Positions 1-10,774 of a stretch of 64,000 nt of DNA are shown here, one piece after another. Made by a program: the position numbers and the translations under genes. Source of the stretch: an archaeon (GTDB lineage: Archaea > Iainarchaeota > Iainarchaeia > Iainarchaeales > 1-14-0-10-31-34); NCBI GenBank assembly GCA_043819075.1, contig JBDRFE010000002.1, positions 66,253-130,252 of the forward strand, in the 5' to 3' direction. The stretch's first letter is position 1, and every line of letters starts with the position of its first letter. Below the pieces are notes generated by a model. That model had not been told where the DNA came from and searched no databases. It worked only from the letters and a program-made list of their open reading frames with translations.

Positions 1-1
1 A

Positions 2-895
2 ACCGCATTCCAGCATCCTTCTCTGGTTAAACCATTTGAATTTTTCATGAATCTTTATTCTCTTCCAAAATACACTGAATTAGACCCCACGTTTCTTGTA
101 TTCATTACTTTTCCATTGTTTTTTGGATTCATGCTTGGAGACGTTGGATATGGAATAGTTACTTTGATTGCATTCTTTTTCTTAAGGGGAAAACTTAAAG
201 GTGAAGGAAAACTTTTAGTTAATTCTTTGATTGTGGCTTCTCTTGCAACAATTTTGTTTGGGTTTGTGTTCGGAGAATTTTTTGGTTTTGAGTTTGTAGA
301 GCACCCCTTGCTTAACAGGGCTCATGACCTGAATTTAATGTTAATGATTTCAATTTTAGTTGGCTTAATCCATATTACTTTCGGCTATATAATTGGCTTT
401 TATAATGTCTTAATCCAGCATGGATTAAAAGAAGCAGTTTATGAAAAAGCAAGCTGGCTTATAATTGAAGCAGGTGCATTGCTTGTTTTAGCTGAAATGA
501 TTTTAGGGTTAATTTCTTTTGGAAACATTTTAGGCGGCATAATGCTTTTTGCAGGAATTGTGTTGTTATTCAAAGGAGAAGGAGTCCAAGGCATAATTGA
601 ACTGCCTGCAATCTTAAGCAATACTTTGTCTTATGCAAGGCTTTTTGCTGTCGGATTGGCGTCAGTTCAGCTGGCATTGATAATCAATAAATTTGCAACA
701 CAGTTCTTCCATCAAGGAGGCATTTTTATTGTTGTTGCAATCCTGATCCTTTTATTAGGGCATTTAATCAATATTTTATTGGGTTTAATCGGGCCTTTCT
801 TGCATTCTTTGAGGCTTCATTACGTTGAATTTTTTGGAAAATTCTATAAAGGTGGAGGAATAAAATACGTTCCGTTTGGGATGGAAAAAAATTAA
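2..895 (+). CDS. atpI: A-type ATP synthase subunit I (membrane a-subunit), C-terminal ~290 aa; the reading frame is open to the window edge, so the gene starts upstream
   Basis: Polytopic membrane protein with the characteristic C-terminal Arg-containing helix region (LSYARLFAVGLAS); sits immediately upstream of the proteolipid gene in the archaeal atpIKECFABD order. Confidence 0.8.
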   Translation, partial: TAFQHPSLVKPFEFFMNLYSLPKYTELDPTFLVFITFPLFFGFMLGDVGYGIVTLIAFFFLRGKLKGEGKLLVNSLIVASLATILFGFVFGEFFGFEFVEHPLLNRAHDLNLMLMISILVGLIHITFGYIIGFYNVLIQHGLKEAVYEKASWLIIEAGALLVLAEMILGLISFGNILGGIMLFAGIVLLFKGEGVQGIIELPAILSNTLSYARLFAVGLASVQLALIINKFATQFFHQGGIFIVVAILILLLGHLINILLGLIGPFLHSLRLHYVEFFGKFYKGGGIKYVPFGMEKN

Positions 896-919
896 TTTTT
901 AATTAAAGGAGGAAAAAAT

Positions 920-1165
920 ATGGTTGAATTAGAATTAGGTTTGATTGCAATTGGAGCAGGAATTGCAATTGCGGGAAGTGCTTTTGCAGCAGCAATAGCA
1001 GAAAAAGAAATTGGAACAGCAGCTGTTGGTGCAATGGCAGAAAAAGAAGAATTATTCGGAAAGGCTTTAATCCTGACAGTAATTCCTGAAACACTAGTCA
1101 TTTTCGGGTTAGTCATTGCAATAATGATTTTAGGCCTGGCTGACAAAATACCTGTAGTGGCATAA
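920..1165 (+). CDS. atpK: A-type ATP synthase proteolipid subunit K (c-subunit)
   Basis: 81-aa, two-helix, Gly/Ala-rich hairpin (GAGIAIAGSAFAAAIAEKEIG ... conserved acidic residue in helix 2); GGAGG RBS upstream. Confidence 0.85.
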   Translation: MVELELGLIAIGAGIAIAGSAFAAAIAEKEIGTAAVGAMAEKEELFGKALILTVIPETLVIFGLVIAIMILGLADKIPVVA

Positions 1166-1182
1166 TCTTTAAGGTTTTTTAA

Positions 1183-1743
1183 ATGTCTTTAGAGAATGTA
1201 ATAAAAGAGATTAATCTCGCAACAGAAAGCAAAGCCAATGGAGTAATCCAGGAAGGAAAGAATTCGGCAAAAGAACTTCTGCAGAAAACAAACGAGAAAA
1301 TACAGAAGTCAAGGGAAAAAACAGTTGTAAAAACAAGTGAAATAATTTCTTCCATGGAAAGAACAGAGATTGCTTCATTAAGGCTTCAGCTGAAAAAAGA
1401 ATTACTGAATGCAAAAAAAGAGATAATTGATTCAGTGTTCGGGCAGGCAAAAAAAGACCTGCAGAATCTTCCGGTAAAAGAAAAAGAAAGAATCCTGAAA
1501 AAGCTTTTGCATAACGGAAAAAAAGAAGTTGAAGCCAGCCATTTTTATTCAAACCAGAAAGACAAGGCACTGGTTTCAAAGCTTTCAGGCCTGAAGTTCA
1601 AGGAAGCAATTGACTGCACAGGCGGTTTTATCCTTGAAAACAATGACAATACAGTCAGTTCAGACCAGACATTTGACTTAATACTGGAAAAAGTTAAGGA
1701 AAAAAGCATTAGCGAGATTTCTTTAAGGGTGTTTAATGAATGA
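1183..1743 (+). CDS. atpE: A-type ATP synthase subunit E (peripheral stalk)
   Basis: 186-aa charged, coiled-coil-like protein in the expected position between K and C. Confidence 0.6.
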   Translation: MSLENVIKEINLATESKANGVIQEGKNSAKELLQKTNEKIQKSREKTVVKTSEIISSMERTEIASLRLQLKKELLNAKKEIIDSVFGQAKKDLQNLPVKEKERILKKLLHNGKKEVEASHFYSNQKDKALVSKLSGLKFKEAIDCTGGFILENNDNTVSSDQTFDLILEKVKEKSISEISLRVFNE

Positions 1744-2645
1744 CTGAAAAAGGTTTTGGGTATTCTTACACTAACACAAGAGTAAGGGTGATGAAATCCA
1801 AGTTAATTGACTCAAACGAGTACCCTAAGCTGTTAAAAATGTCTTTGGACCAGATTGCCCGTTACCTTGGAGAAACAGATTATAAAACAGAAATAGATGA
1901 GTTAGGGGCAACCTATGACAGAGTAAACTTGATTGAATTTGCTTTAAACAAAAACCTTTCAAGCTCTTTCAAGAAAGTCCTGAATTTTTCTTTAAAGGAT
2001 TCAAGGGAGTCAATAAAGCTTTTCCTTGAAAAATATGATTTGCATAATATTAAGACAATTTTAAGGGGAAAACAATCCAAGGAATCAAACAAAGAAATAA
2101 TCTATGACCTGATTCCTGCAGGCGAATTAACTTTTGCATTTCTTTCTGATGCAGTAAAAAAATCCAGTTCAGTTGAAGATGCAATAGAGTTTTTCAGAAA
2201 AACCCCTTATTATGAAACCATGAAAAAAAATTCCTCTAATTTAACTGAAATGGAAGATGAATTGGATATAAATTATTATTCAAAGCTTATTGCGGGAACA
2301 AAAGGAAAAATAAGGTCTTTAATGGTTGAAACAGCTAAATTCACTGATGCATTAAATGAAGCCAGAGCCAAAGAAACAAAAATCCAGTTAAAGACGATTC
2401 TTCCTCAAAAAAAAACTTACAGAAAAAAAATTGAAGTGAAAAGCATTGAGGACTCAAGGATTGAATTCAGGAAAAAAATTGCTTCAGACGGAATAAAACT
2501 GGTTAACAAGTTTCAGAGAAATTCCGCACCGGTAATAGGGTATTTTGTTGCAAAAGAAAACGAGATAACAAACTTAAGGATTATTTCAAGAGGCAAGCAC
2601 TCAGGCCTGCCAATGGAGTTAATTGAAAAACAATTGGTGTATTGA
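1740..2645 (+). CDS. atpC: A-type ATP synthase subunit C (V-type d)
   Basis: N-terminal YSYTNTRVRVMKSKLI matches the A/V-ATPase C/d-subunit signature (Y.Y.NaRvRaMks.LL); 4-nt overlap with atpE. Confidence 0.7.
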   Translation: MTEKGFGYSYTNTRVRVMKSKLIDSNEYPKLLKMSLDQIARYLGETDYKTEIDELGATYDRVNLIEFALNKNLSSSFKKVLNFSLKDSRESIKLFLEKYDLHNIKTILRGKQSKESNKEIIYDLIPAGELTFAFLSDAVKKSSSVEDAIEFFRKTPYYETMKKNSSNLTEMEDELDINYYSKLIAGTKGKIRSLMVETAKFTDALNEARAKETKIQLKTILPQKKTYRKKIEVKSIEDSRIEFRKKIASDGIKLVNKFQRNSAPVIGYFVAKENEITNLRIISRGKHSGLPMELIEKQLVY

Positions 2646-2646
2646 A

Positions 2647-2943
2647 ATGGAAATAGCGGTTGTTGGAACAGATGATTTTGTAACAGGCTTTAGCCTTGCA
2701 GGGGTAAAAAACACTTTTGCAGTGGAAAAAAATTTTGATGAAACAATTTCTTTTGTCCTGGAAAACAAAGAAATTGGAGTCATTGTAGTTGAACAAGAAG
2801 AAATGGATAAAATGAATGTCAAAACAAAAAGAATTTTAGAAAAGCTTATCACTCCGGTTGTAATAACTCTTTCTTCAAAGGGAAAGGAAACGGATTTAAG
2901 GCAATTAATTAAAAGGACGGTTGGTGTGGATTTATGGAAATAG
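2647..2943 (+). CDS. atpF: A-type ATP synthase subunit F
   Basis: [20 protein letters not shown] is the typical subunit-F N-terminus; the ORF-track start at 2623 is probably upstream of the true ATG at 2647. Confidence 0.75.
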   Translation: MEIAVVGTDDFVTGFSLAGVKNTFAVEKNFDETISFVLENKEIGVIVVEQEEMDKMNVKTKRILEKLITPVVITLSSKGKETDLRQLIKRTVGVDLWK

Positions 2944-4677
2944 CAAGAATATACAGAATCTCTGGCCCTGTTGTAATAGCAAAAGGCCTTAATGCAAAAA
3001 TGTTTGATTTAGTCCAAGTAGGCAAAGAAGAATTAATGGGAGAAGTAATCCAGATTGACGGAGACAAAACAACAATACAGGTTTACGAAGAAACATCTGG
3101 CTTAAAGCCCGGAGAACCAGTAAAAAACACCGGCGCACCATTATCAGTTGAATTAGGCCCAGGCATGCTGACCACAATTTATGACGGAATTCAAAGGCCA
3201 TTGCCTGCATTAGTTCAAAAGATGGGCAATTTCATTCAAAGAGGAATAAGTGTTCCAGGCTTAGATAGAAAAAAGAAATGGGATTTCAAGCCAACTGCAA
3301 AAAAAAAATGATTTAGTTGAAGGCGGGGATGTTCTTGGAACAGTTCAGGAAACAAAAAACATTGTTCACAAAATTTTAGTGCCTCCTTTTATTAAAGGAA
3401 AAATAAAAGAAATTAATTCAGGAAACTTTACTGTAACAGACACAATAGCTGTATTAGACAACGGAAAAAAACTTTTTTTAATGCACAAATGGCCTGTCAA
3501 AAAACCCCGTCCATCCAAAGAAAAATTAATGCCTGAAATTCCTTTGGTTACAGGCCAAAGAATTTTAGATTCCTTGTTTCCGATTGCAAAAGGCGGTGCA
3601 GGAAGCATTCCAGGGCCGTTTGGTTCAGGAAAAACTGTTATCCAGCAACAGCTGGCAAAATGGAGTGATGCAGAAATTGTTGTTTACATCGGCTGCGGTG
3701 AAAGAGGAAACGAAATGACTGAAGTTTTAACAGAGTTTCCTGAATTATTGGATGTCAAAACCGGCAGGCCGTTAATGGAGAGAACTGTGTTAATTGCAAA
3801 TACTTCTAACATGCCTGTTGCTGCAAGAGAAGCATCAGTTTACACTGGAATGACAATAGCAGAATATTTTCGAGACCAGGGATTTGATGTAAGCTTAATG
3901 GCTGATTCAACTTCTCGTTGGGCTGAAGCAATGAGAGAAATTTCTTCTAGGTTAGAGGAAATGCCTGGAGAAGAAGGTTATCCTGCTTACCTGGCTGCAA
4001 GATTATCAGAGTTTTATGAAAGAGCAGGCAGAGTAAATGTTTTAGGCCAAAGAAAACAAACTGGTTCTGTTACTGCAATCGGAGCAGTTTCTCCTCCCGG
4101 AGGAGACTTTTCTGAGCCGGTAACACAAAACACTTTAAAAATAACAAAAGTGTTCTGGGCATTGGATGCAAAACTAGCCCAGAGAAGGCATTTTCCTTCA
4201 ATTAACTGGCTTGACTCTTACAGCTTGTATGCAACTCCATTAGAAAACTGGTTTATTGAAAATGTTGCAGAAGACTGGGTTAAAGTCAGAAGGCAGATAA
4301 TGAAAGTTTTGCAGAAAGAAGCTTCTTTACAGGAAATAGTGCAGTTAATTGGTTCTGATGCTTTGCCTGAAAAAGAAAGGCTTACAATGGAAGTTGCAAG
4401 ATTAATTCGAGAAGGCTTTTTACAGCAGAATGCATTTCATGAAGTTGACTCTTATTGTAGTATGAAAAAACAATACGGCATCTTGAAAGGAATTATTTCT
4501 TTTTCAGAGCAGGCTGAAACAGCAGTTGATGTTGGAATTCCAGTTGAAAGTATTATTGGCATGGAATCAAAGTCAAAGCTGACAAAAATTTGTTTAGTTA
4601 AAGAAGAAAATTTTGAAAAAGAAATGAATAAAATAATGAATGAAATGAAGGAGGACTTCAAAAACATTGCAAAATAA
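2934..4677 (+). CDS. atpA: A-type ATP synthase catalytic subunit A, split by a +1 frameshift inside an A10 run (3299-3308); the N-terminal part is 2934-3311, the remainder is in frame +1 from about 3310
   Basis: The N-terminal ORF ([18 protein letters not shown]...) and the downstream ORF ([15 protein letters not shown]...[11 protein letters not shown]-loop...) are contiguous A-subunit sequence; deleting one A restores a single ~580-aa frame. Confidence 0.85.
3299..3308 (+). other. A10 homopolymer at the atpA frameshift site
   Basis: gcaaaaaaaaaatga: the stop at 3309-3311 arises only in the 10-A form; 9 As read through as ...[16 protein letters not shown]. Confidence 0.7.
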
Positions 4678-4709
4678 TTTTGCAATGCTGTCATTTAAGG
4701 GGTGTAGAA

Positions 4710-7700
4710 ATGAAGGAATACAAAACAATTGAAAGAATTGCCGGACCATTAATTTTTGTGAAAAAAACTGACCCAATTGGCTACGGAGAATTAGTTAAAA
4801 TAAAATTATCTGACGGAACAATAAAAAACGGCCAGGTGTTGGATACTTCAGATGACTTAGTTGTAGCACAGGTATTTGAAGGAACATCTTCTATTGACAG
4901 GCAGTCTTCAGTGAAATTCACCGGAGACACAATTAAATTAAAGGTTTCAAAAGACTTGCTTGGAAGAGTTTTATCCGGCTTAGGTGAGCCAATTGATTCT
5001 GGGCCAGAAATTATTCCTGACAAAGAATTAGATGTTGTCGGAGCAGCAATTAATCCTTTTGCAAGAAGCTCTCCAAAAGATTTTGTCCAAACAGGATTAT
5101 CAACAATTGATGCAATGAATACTTTGGTTAAAGGCCAAAAGCTTCCGATTTTTTCCGGTTCAGGTTTGCCTCACAATGACATTGCATTACAGATTGCAAG
5201 GCAGGCAAAAGTTGAAGGAAACTTTGCTGTTGTGTTTGCTGCAATGGGAATAACAAATGAAGAAGCCCAGCAGTTCCAAAGAGACTTTGAAAGAACCGGT
5301 GCACTAGAAAGAACAATAATGTTTTTGAATTTAGCTAACGACCCAGCAATTGAAAGGCTTATTACTCCGAGAATGGCTTTAACTGCAGCAGAATATTTGG
5401 CTTACACTCACGACATGCATGTTCTTGTAATTCTCACAGACATGACAAACTATTGTGTTGAAGGAAAAACTGAAATCTTTCTTAATGACGGGGAAATAAT
5501 CAACATTAAAGACTTTGTTGAATCCCAAACAAAAGGTTCTGATGTTGACATTAGGAGTAAAAATAAGTCTCTTGTTACATGGGATGGCAAAACCCATTCA
5601 ATTAAACAAATTGCAAGAGTGCAAAAACTTCCTTCTACTCAAGAGATGATTGAAGTTATAACCCGTTCAGGAAACAAGTTAACCGCTACCCCAAATCACA
5701 GAATATTATCTGATACGATTTACGGTTTAAGAATGACCAGACTTGATCAACTCAATAAAGGAAGCAAACTATGTTCTGCATCAAAAATCGACGTACAAGA
5801 AAGTGTTCCATCAGTTATAGAACTCATTGATAATAAAACAGCAGTCTTTATGGACAAAAATGTGTTGAACAAAGCCAAGCTCAAGTTAAAGAAAAAATAT
5901 GGTTCACTAATAAAAGCATGCAAAGAATTAGAAATTAATTATTCAAGAGTTACTGATTCAGAGTCTTTCCTGCAAGCAAGTGAACTTAAAAAAATCTCAA
6001 AAGATTTATCAATTGAATTAGTGAGTAGCATTAAAGCTTTATCTAATGTTGGGGGAAAAAGATTTGAAGTTTCTTTTGTTTATCCAAATAAAGAGCTGAT
6101 GTATTGTATGGGATTAGTTGCATCAGACGGTTCAGTAATTCAAAATAAAAAGAAACATATAAGAAGAGTTGATTTTTCAAACAAAAACATTCAGTTAATA
6201 AGCAATTATACTGAAAAAATGAAAAAACTGTTTCCAAACATCAACATAAAAGTATTCAAAAATCAAAACGATGTCAGTATTGCAAGAATTGAAAGCAAAC
6301 CTTTATTTGAAATGGCAAAATCTTTTGGTTTAGCAGAAAAAGATTTCAAACCAATTTTTAAACTTCCTGAAACTCTTATTGCTTCTTTCTTAAAAGGTTA
6401 CTTTGATGGGGACGGAAGCTGTAATATAAATTCAAAACTAATTAAATACACGGCAAAAGAAGAAATAGTTGTTAAAAGACTTAGACAACTTCTAAAAAGA
6501 TTGGGTATTTCTGCCACTACAATAAAACGAAAAAGTGAATCAAGTTACGGAAATTCTTTTGTATGTGATGTTGTTATTAGAGGAAGCACTTTTGTAACAA
6601 AGTTTATTGAAAGAATAGGTTCAGATCATCCTGCTAAAATGAGATTGCTTTCTATTTTAGGGAAAAAGAAAAAAAGAAGAGCTGAATTTGAACACGCTCC
6701 AAGAATATGCGGCAACCTATTAAGATTAATAAGACAGAAATACAAGATAAAACAAACAGAACTAACCAACAGTGGAAGTTTTTCAGAGATTGAAAGAGGT
6801 TTAAAAACTGTAAGTAAAGCCGAAGTTAGAAAGTATATTGCAAAACTTGATAACGTAGTTCCATTAAATGAAGAACTATTAGTTGAATTAAAAAAGCTCA
6901 CTTCAGACAACTTTATCTTAGATCAAATAATTTCAATCAAAAAATTGCCTGCAAACAACCTCTTTGTTTTTGATGTAACGGTTCCGGAAACAGGCAAGTT
7001 TTTAGTTGACACTGGCCTGATAATTTCTAATTGTGAGGCTTTAAGGGAAATTGGTGCTGCAAGAGAAGAAGTTCCTGGAAGAAGAGGTTATCCTGGTTAT
7101 ATGTACACTGACTTGGCTTCAATTTACGAAAGAGCCGGCTTGATTAAAGGAAAAAAGGGTTCAGTAACACAGATTCCAATCCTGACAATGCCAGGCGACG
7201 ATATAACTCACCCAATACCTGATTTAACTGGTTATATTACTGAAGGTCAAATCGTTTTAGGAAGAGAACTGCATATGAAAGGAGTTTATCCTCCGATTGA
7301 TGTTCTTCCATGCCTTTCACGTTTAATGAATGCAGGAATAGGCAAAAAAAACACTAGAGAAGACCATAAAGCTGTTTCAAACCAGTTGTATGCAGCTTAT
7401 GCTGAAGGCCGTTCTTTAAGGGGATTAGTTGCAATTGTAGGAGAAGAAGCCTTAAGCGAAAGAGACAGAAAGTTTTTGAAGTTTGCAGAAGAATTTGAGC
7501 AAAAATTTATTTCACAAGACAAATACGAGAACAGGACAATTTTTGAGTCACTGAATTTAGGCTGGGATTTATTGTCTGCTTTGCCTGCAACAGAATTAAC
7601 AAGAATTGATGATGAGTTAATCGCAAAATACTTGGATAAAAACAAGAGACCAGCGGAAAAAACGCCAGAGGCAAAACTTGACACTTCAAAAGAAATTTCT

Positions 7701-7802
7701 GCTCCAAAAGAAACAAAACTGATTGCAGGAAAAAACAATTCAGGAAACAAGACCAGCAAAAATAATTCAAAAAACGGAAAAAACAAAAAGAAAAAAAAGT
7801 GA
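4710..7802 (+). CDS. atpB: A-type ATP synthase subunit B containing a 526-aa intein; the host protein has an unusual ~60-aa Lys/Asn-rich C-terminal tail
   Basis: Extein sequence is contiguous across the insertion (...[11 protein letters not shown] | [29 protein letters not shown]...); the ATG at 4710 is preceded by an AGGGGTG RBS (the ORF track starts at an upstream TTG at 4680). Confidence 0.9.
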   Translation: MKEYKTIERIAGPLIFVKKTDPIGYGELVKIKLSDGTIKNGQVLDTSDDLVVAQVFEGTSSIDRQSSVKFTGDTIKLKVSKDLLGRVLSGLGEPIDSGPEIIPDKELDVVGAAINPFARSSPKDFVQTGLSTIDAMNTLVKGQKLPIFSGSGLPHNDIALQIARQAKVEGNFAVVFAAMGITNEEAQQFQRDFERTGALERTIMFLNLANDPAIERLITPRMALTAAEYLAYTHDMHVLVILTDMTNYCVEGKTEIFLNDGEIINIKDFVESQTKGSDVDIRSKNKSLVTWDGKTHSIKQIARVQKLPSTQEMIEVITRSGNKLTATPNHRILSDTIYGLRMTRLDQLNKGSKLCSASKIDVQESVPSVIELIDNKTAVFMDKNVLNKAKLKLKKKYGSLIKACKELEINYSRVTDSESFLQASELKKISKDLSIELVSSIKALSNVGGKRFEVSFVYPNKELMYCMGLVASDGSVIQNKKKHIRRVDFSNKNIQLISNYTEKMKKLFPNINIKVFKNQNDVSIARIESKPLFEMAKSFGLAEKDFKPIFKLPETLIASFLKGYFDGDGSCNINSKLIKYTAKEEIVVKRLRQLLKRLGISATTIKRKSESSYGNSFVCDVVIRGSTFVTKFIERIGSDHPAKMRLLSILGKKKKRRAEFEHAPRICGNLLRLIRQKYKIKQTELTNSGSFSEIERGLKTVSKAEVRKYIAKLDNVVPLNEELLVELKKLTSDNFILDQIISIKKLPANNLFVFDVTVPETGKFLVDTGLIISNCEALREIGAAREEVPGRRGYPGYMYTDLASIYERAGLIKGKKGSVTQIPILTMPGDDITHPIPDLTGYITEGQIVLGRELHMKGVYPPIDVLPCLSRLMNAGIGKKNTREDHKAVSNQLYAAYAEGRSLRGLVAIVGEEALSERDRKFLKFAEEFEQKFISQDKYENRTIFESLNLGWDLLSALPATELTRIDDELIAKYLDKNKRPAEKTPEAKLDTSKEISAPKETKLIAGKNNSGNKTSKNNSKNGKNKKKKK
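5454..7031 (+). mobile_element. Intein with LAGLIDADG homing-endonuclease domain inserted in atpB
   Basis: Begins with Cys ([14 protein letters not shown]), ends ...GLIISN followed by the +1 Cys of the C-extein; LAGLIDADG-like blocks [12 protein letters not shown] and [12 protein letters not shown]; in frame with the host. Confidence 0.85.
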
Positions 7803-7810
7803 GCTAAGTT

Positions 7811-8464
7811 ATGCCTGAGATTAAACCTACACGATCTGAATTAATCAAGTTAAACAAGGCAATAAAGTTAGCTACTTCAGGCCATGGTTTGCTGAAAAGA
7901 AAGCGTGACGGCTTAATACAGGAATTCTTTAAAGTCTTGGATGAAGCAAAAAAATCCAAGTCAGAAATGTCAGGCAATTATTCAAAAGCAACCCAAAGCA
8001 TTAACTTAGCCAGAGCAGTTGACGGAACAGTTGCAGTTAAATCCGCTTCACTTGCATTAAAGCATACTGCAAAAATTGAGGTAAAAACAAGGAATGTTAT
8101 GGGGGTAGTTGTTCCAGCAGTAAAATCAGATTATGAGGTAAAGTCTTTTGAAGAAAGAGGTTATGGCTTAATCGGAACATCTTCTTATATTGATGAGGCG
8201 GCAGAACGCTATGAAATTTTATTGAAAAACATTATTGTTGCAGCAGAAATAGAAAACACTTTAAGGAAACTTTTAACTGAAATCGACAAGACAAAAAGAA
8301 GGGTTAATGCATTAGAATTCAAGGTAATTCCCGGAATGAAAAAAAATGCCTCTTTTATCCGCTTGCGTTTAGAGGAAATGGAAAGAGACGACTTATTCAG
8401 GCTAAAAAAAATTAAAGCCAAGTCAAAAAGAAAAGCCGAAGCAAAACAATTAGAAGCAAGCTGA
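7811..8464 (+). CDS. atpD: A-type ATP synthase subunit D (central stalk)
   Basis: MPEIKPTRSELIKLNKAIKLATSGHGLLKRKRDGL is the typical subunit-D N-terminus; last gene of the operon. Confidence 0.85.
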   Translation: MPEIKPTRSELIKLNKAIKLATSGHGLLKRKRDGLIQEFFKVLDEAKKSKSEMSGNYSKATQSINLARAVDGTVAVKSASLALKHTAKIEVKTRNVMGVVVPAVKSDYEVKSFEERGYGLIGTSSYIDEAAERYEILLKNIIVAAEIENTLRKLLTEIDKTKRRVNALEFKVIPGMKKNASFIRLRLEEMERDDLFRLKKIKAKSKRKAEAKQLEAS

Positions 8465-8479
8465 TTTAATCAGTTAAAT

Positions 8480-9313
8480 TTAAATTAATCCTTTCCCTGT
8501 GTTGATTGCCAAGATTCTGGTTTCTTTATTTAACTTAAGCTTAGGCAAAGCTGCAAAAACAGTGGCGGCTGAAGGTTCGCAGTTAATTAACCCTTCAACA
8601 CTTTTCATTGCAGACAAAATTTCTTCGTCTTTTACTTCAATATATTTGTTTCCTTTTTTTAAAGCATCATTAATTTCCTTGGAGTACGGTCTCCAACAAG
8701 TTATCAGTTTGTCTGCAACGCTTTTACTGGAATTCACTCCGACACACACAATCTTAACTTTCATTTTAAGTTTTTTCAGAGCTGAATGGATTCCTAGAAA
8801 CAGTTCTCCGCTTCCCAGAGGGCAAATAATGCAGTCAAGTTTTTTCAGATACTCTTTTTTTAACTCAAAAATAATTTGTTCATTTGCTTTGTGCCATCTG
8901 TTTGTGGCATCCAAAATCTTTTCTTCATTATTTTCTCTTGCAAGTAGCGTGATTTCTTCTGGTTTAAACATTTTTTCAGCCAAATCTGCTTCAATTAATT
9001 TACCGCAGTATTTTTTGAGTTTTTCTTTAATGGAATTTCTGCATTTCTTGTCAACGATTGAAACCACTTTTATGCCTGTTCCTTCCGAGAATTTAGCCAA
9101 AGAATACCCTGAATTTCCGGCAGTAATTAATGCAAGTTTATCTATGTTATTTTCTTTGGCATTTTTGATTATCAGTTCGCTTCTTCTGTCCTTGAATGTC
9201 CCGAAAGGATTTTTGCTTTCATCTTTAATCCACAGATTAGGCAAATTAAATTTTTTGTTTAAGTAAGAAATTTTCAGCAAAGGAGTGTGCCCAACTTCAA
9301 TCATTGTTTTCAC
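8480..9313 (-). CDS. PLP-dependent enzyme, fold type II (threonine synthase/cysteine synthase-like PALP family)
   Basis: HTPLL...KDESKNPFGTFKDRRS matches the TPL...K.E..NPTGSFKDR lysine/PLP motif; ITAGNSGYS glycine loop. Confidence 0.55.
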   Translation of the reverse strand: MKTMIEVGHTPLLKISYLNKKFNLPNLWIKDESKNPFGTFKDRRSELIIKNAKENNIDKLALITAGNSGYSLAKFSEGTGIKVVSIVDKKCRNSIKEKLKKYCGKLIEADLAEKMFKPEEITLLARENNEEKILDATNRWHKANEQIIFELKKEYLKKLDCIICPLGSGELFLGIHSALKKLKMKVKIVCVGVNSSKSVADKLITCWRPYSKEINDALKKGNKYIEVKDEEILSAMKSVEGLINCEPSAATVFAALPKLKLNKETRILAINTGKGLI

Positions 9314-9745
9314 TTATTCCCAAACTTTTTTTCCAAAAGCAGTTTCTTCTTTTCTTTTTTCATCAGGTTTTTTTGGGTTGTAAGCTTTATCCATTACATA
9401 TACAACCAAGGCAGGTTTTTCCCCTAACACTTTGTATCCATGCCATATTCCTGCAGGCACTTTAACTAAAACAGGCTTTTCTTCGCCAAGCAAAAATTCT
9501 TTTATTTCTGTTTTTCCTTTTTTTTCTTCTGCAGTGCAGAATTTTATTTTTCCTTTCACGCAACACACATAGTCTATCTGTTTTTCATGCAGATGCCATG
9601 CTCTTACTACCCCTGAATTGCTTTCAGATACAAGAATCTGCCCGAATTTTCCTTCAAACAATTCATCGTCTTTCCTTAAAAGCTCAAACAAAAAACCTCT
9701 TGCATCCCTGAAAACTTTTAGTTCTTTTGCTTTTTCTTTTCCCAT
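9314..9745 (-). CDS. Cupin-fold sugar nucleotide epimerase/isomerase (RmlC/FdtA-like)
   Basis: 143-aa cupin (RGFLFEL...HLHEKQ...VPAGIWHGY) adjacent to GT2, C-methyltransferase and RmlD-like genes. Confidence 0.5.
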   Translation of the reverse strand: MGKEKAKELKVFRDARGFLFELLRKDDELFEGKFGQILVSESNSGVVRAWHLHEKQIDYVCCVKGKIKFCTAEEKKGKTEIKEFLLGEEKPVLVKVPAGIWHGYKVLGEKPALVVYVMDKAYNPKKPDEKRKEETAFGKKVWE

Positions 9746-9812
9746 AAAAACGCCTTTTATTATTATTTTGCCTTCAAAAACAATTAAATCGCTTTTGTTG
9801 GGTAATTCTTTG

Positions 9813-10769
9813 ATGACCCGCTCGCTATTGTACTCTTTTTTGCTTGGATTAATTATTGCACCGTTTTTTGCCCTGTCAATTGCAGGAATCCTGTTTCATG
9901 CTTTTTTTCCTGATACAAAATTATTTATTCTATCAGTTAATGTTCTTGTCTTTGCCTCGCTTATTTATTTTTTGATTGCAATAGCAATTTTTCTCAGGTT
10001 TTTTGTTTTAATTTCAGTTTTTCCTCTTCCTCCGAGAACAGTCAAATATGACAGCCTTTCAAATAAAAAAATTACTGTCTGCCTGACAGCATACAACGAT
10101 GAAGGCATTATCGGAGACGCAGTAAAAGACTTTAAATCACATAAATTAGTTGACGAAGTAATTGTTGTGGACAACAACTGTTCGGACAACACTGCAGGAG
10201 AAGCAAAAAAAGCTGGTGCAATAATAGTTAAAGAGCCAATCCAAGGCTTTGGTGCTGCTTCAATTCGTGCACTAAAAACCGCTTTACAAAAAGCAAAACC
10301 AAAAAACAATCTGGTTTTGTTTGTTGAAGGCGACCAGACTTTTGTTTCAAAAGACATTGATAAATTTGTTTCGTACATTGATAATGCTGACATGGTTATC
10401 GGAACAAGAACAACAAAAGAATTAGCGACAAAAGACTCTCAGGTTACAAGGCCAATCCAGTACTCTAATTTGTTTCTTGCAAAATTAATTCAGTTAAAAT
10501 ACTGGGGCACTGTTCGTTTAACTGATGTCGGCTGTTCAATGAGATTAATCCGCTGTAATGCATTAGAAAAAACAATTCCGTTGTATTCTGTTACAGGCAG
10601 CGCGTTTTCCCCGCACATGATTGACATGGTTTTAAAAAAAGGCTTCAGGGTAATTGAAATTCCTGTTTACTTCAAAAAAAGAGGCGGTACTTCAAAAGGA
10701 ATTGGCTCTGATTTCATTAAAGGCTTTCCAACCGGCCTGGAAATGATTTGGAATATTTTAACCCAGTGA
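9813..10769 (+). CDS. Family-2 glycosyltransferase (dolichyl-phosphate sugar transferase-like)
   Basis: N-terminal TM helices then VCLTAYNDEG...VVDNNCSDNT...FVEGDQ (DXD-type) motifs; the ORF-track start at 9618 overlaps the divergent cupin gene, so the true ATG is probably at 9813. Confidence 0.75.
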   Translation: MTRSLLYSFLLGLIIAPFFALSIAGILFHAFFPDTKLFILSVNVLVFASLIYFLIAIAIFLRFFVLISVFPLPPRTVKYDSLSNKKITVCLTAYNDEGIIGDAVKDFKSHKLVDEVIVVDNNCSDNTAGEAKKAGAIIVKEPIQGFGAASIRALKTALQKAKPKNNLVLFVEGDQTFVSKDIDKFVSYIDNADMVIGTRTTKELATKDSQVTRPIQYSNLFLAKLIQLKYWGTVRLTDVGCSMRLIRCNALEKTIPLYSVTGSAFSPHMIDMVLKKGFRVIEIPVYFKKRGGTSKGIGSDFIKGFPTGLEMIWNILTQ

Positions 10770-10774
10770 TTTAA

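Noticed and set aside
9618-9812. N-terminal 65 codons of the ORF-track call 9618-10769
   Set aside because: This part overlaps the divergently transcribed cupin gene and encodes low-complexity sequence. The GT2 protein most plausibly starts at ATG 9813, just before its TM helices.
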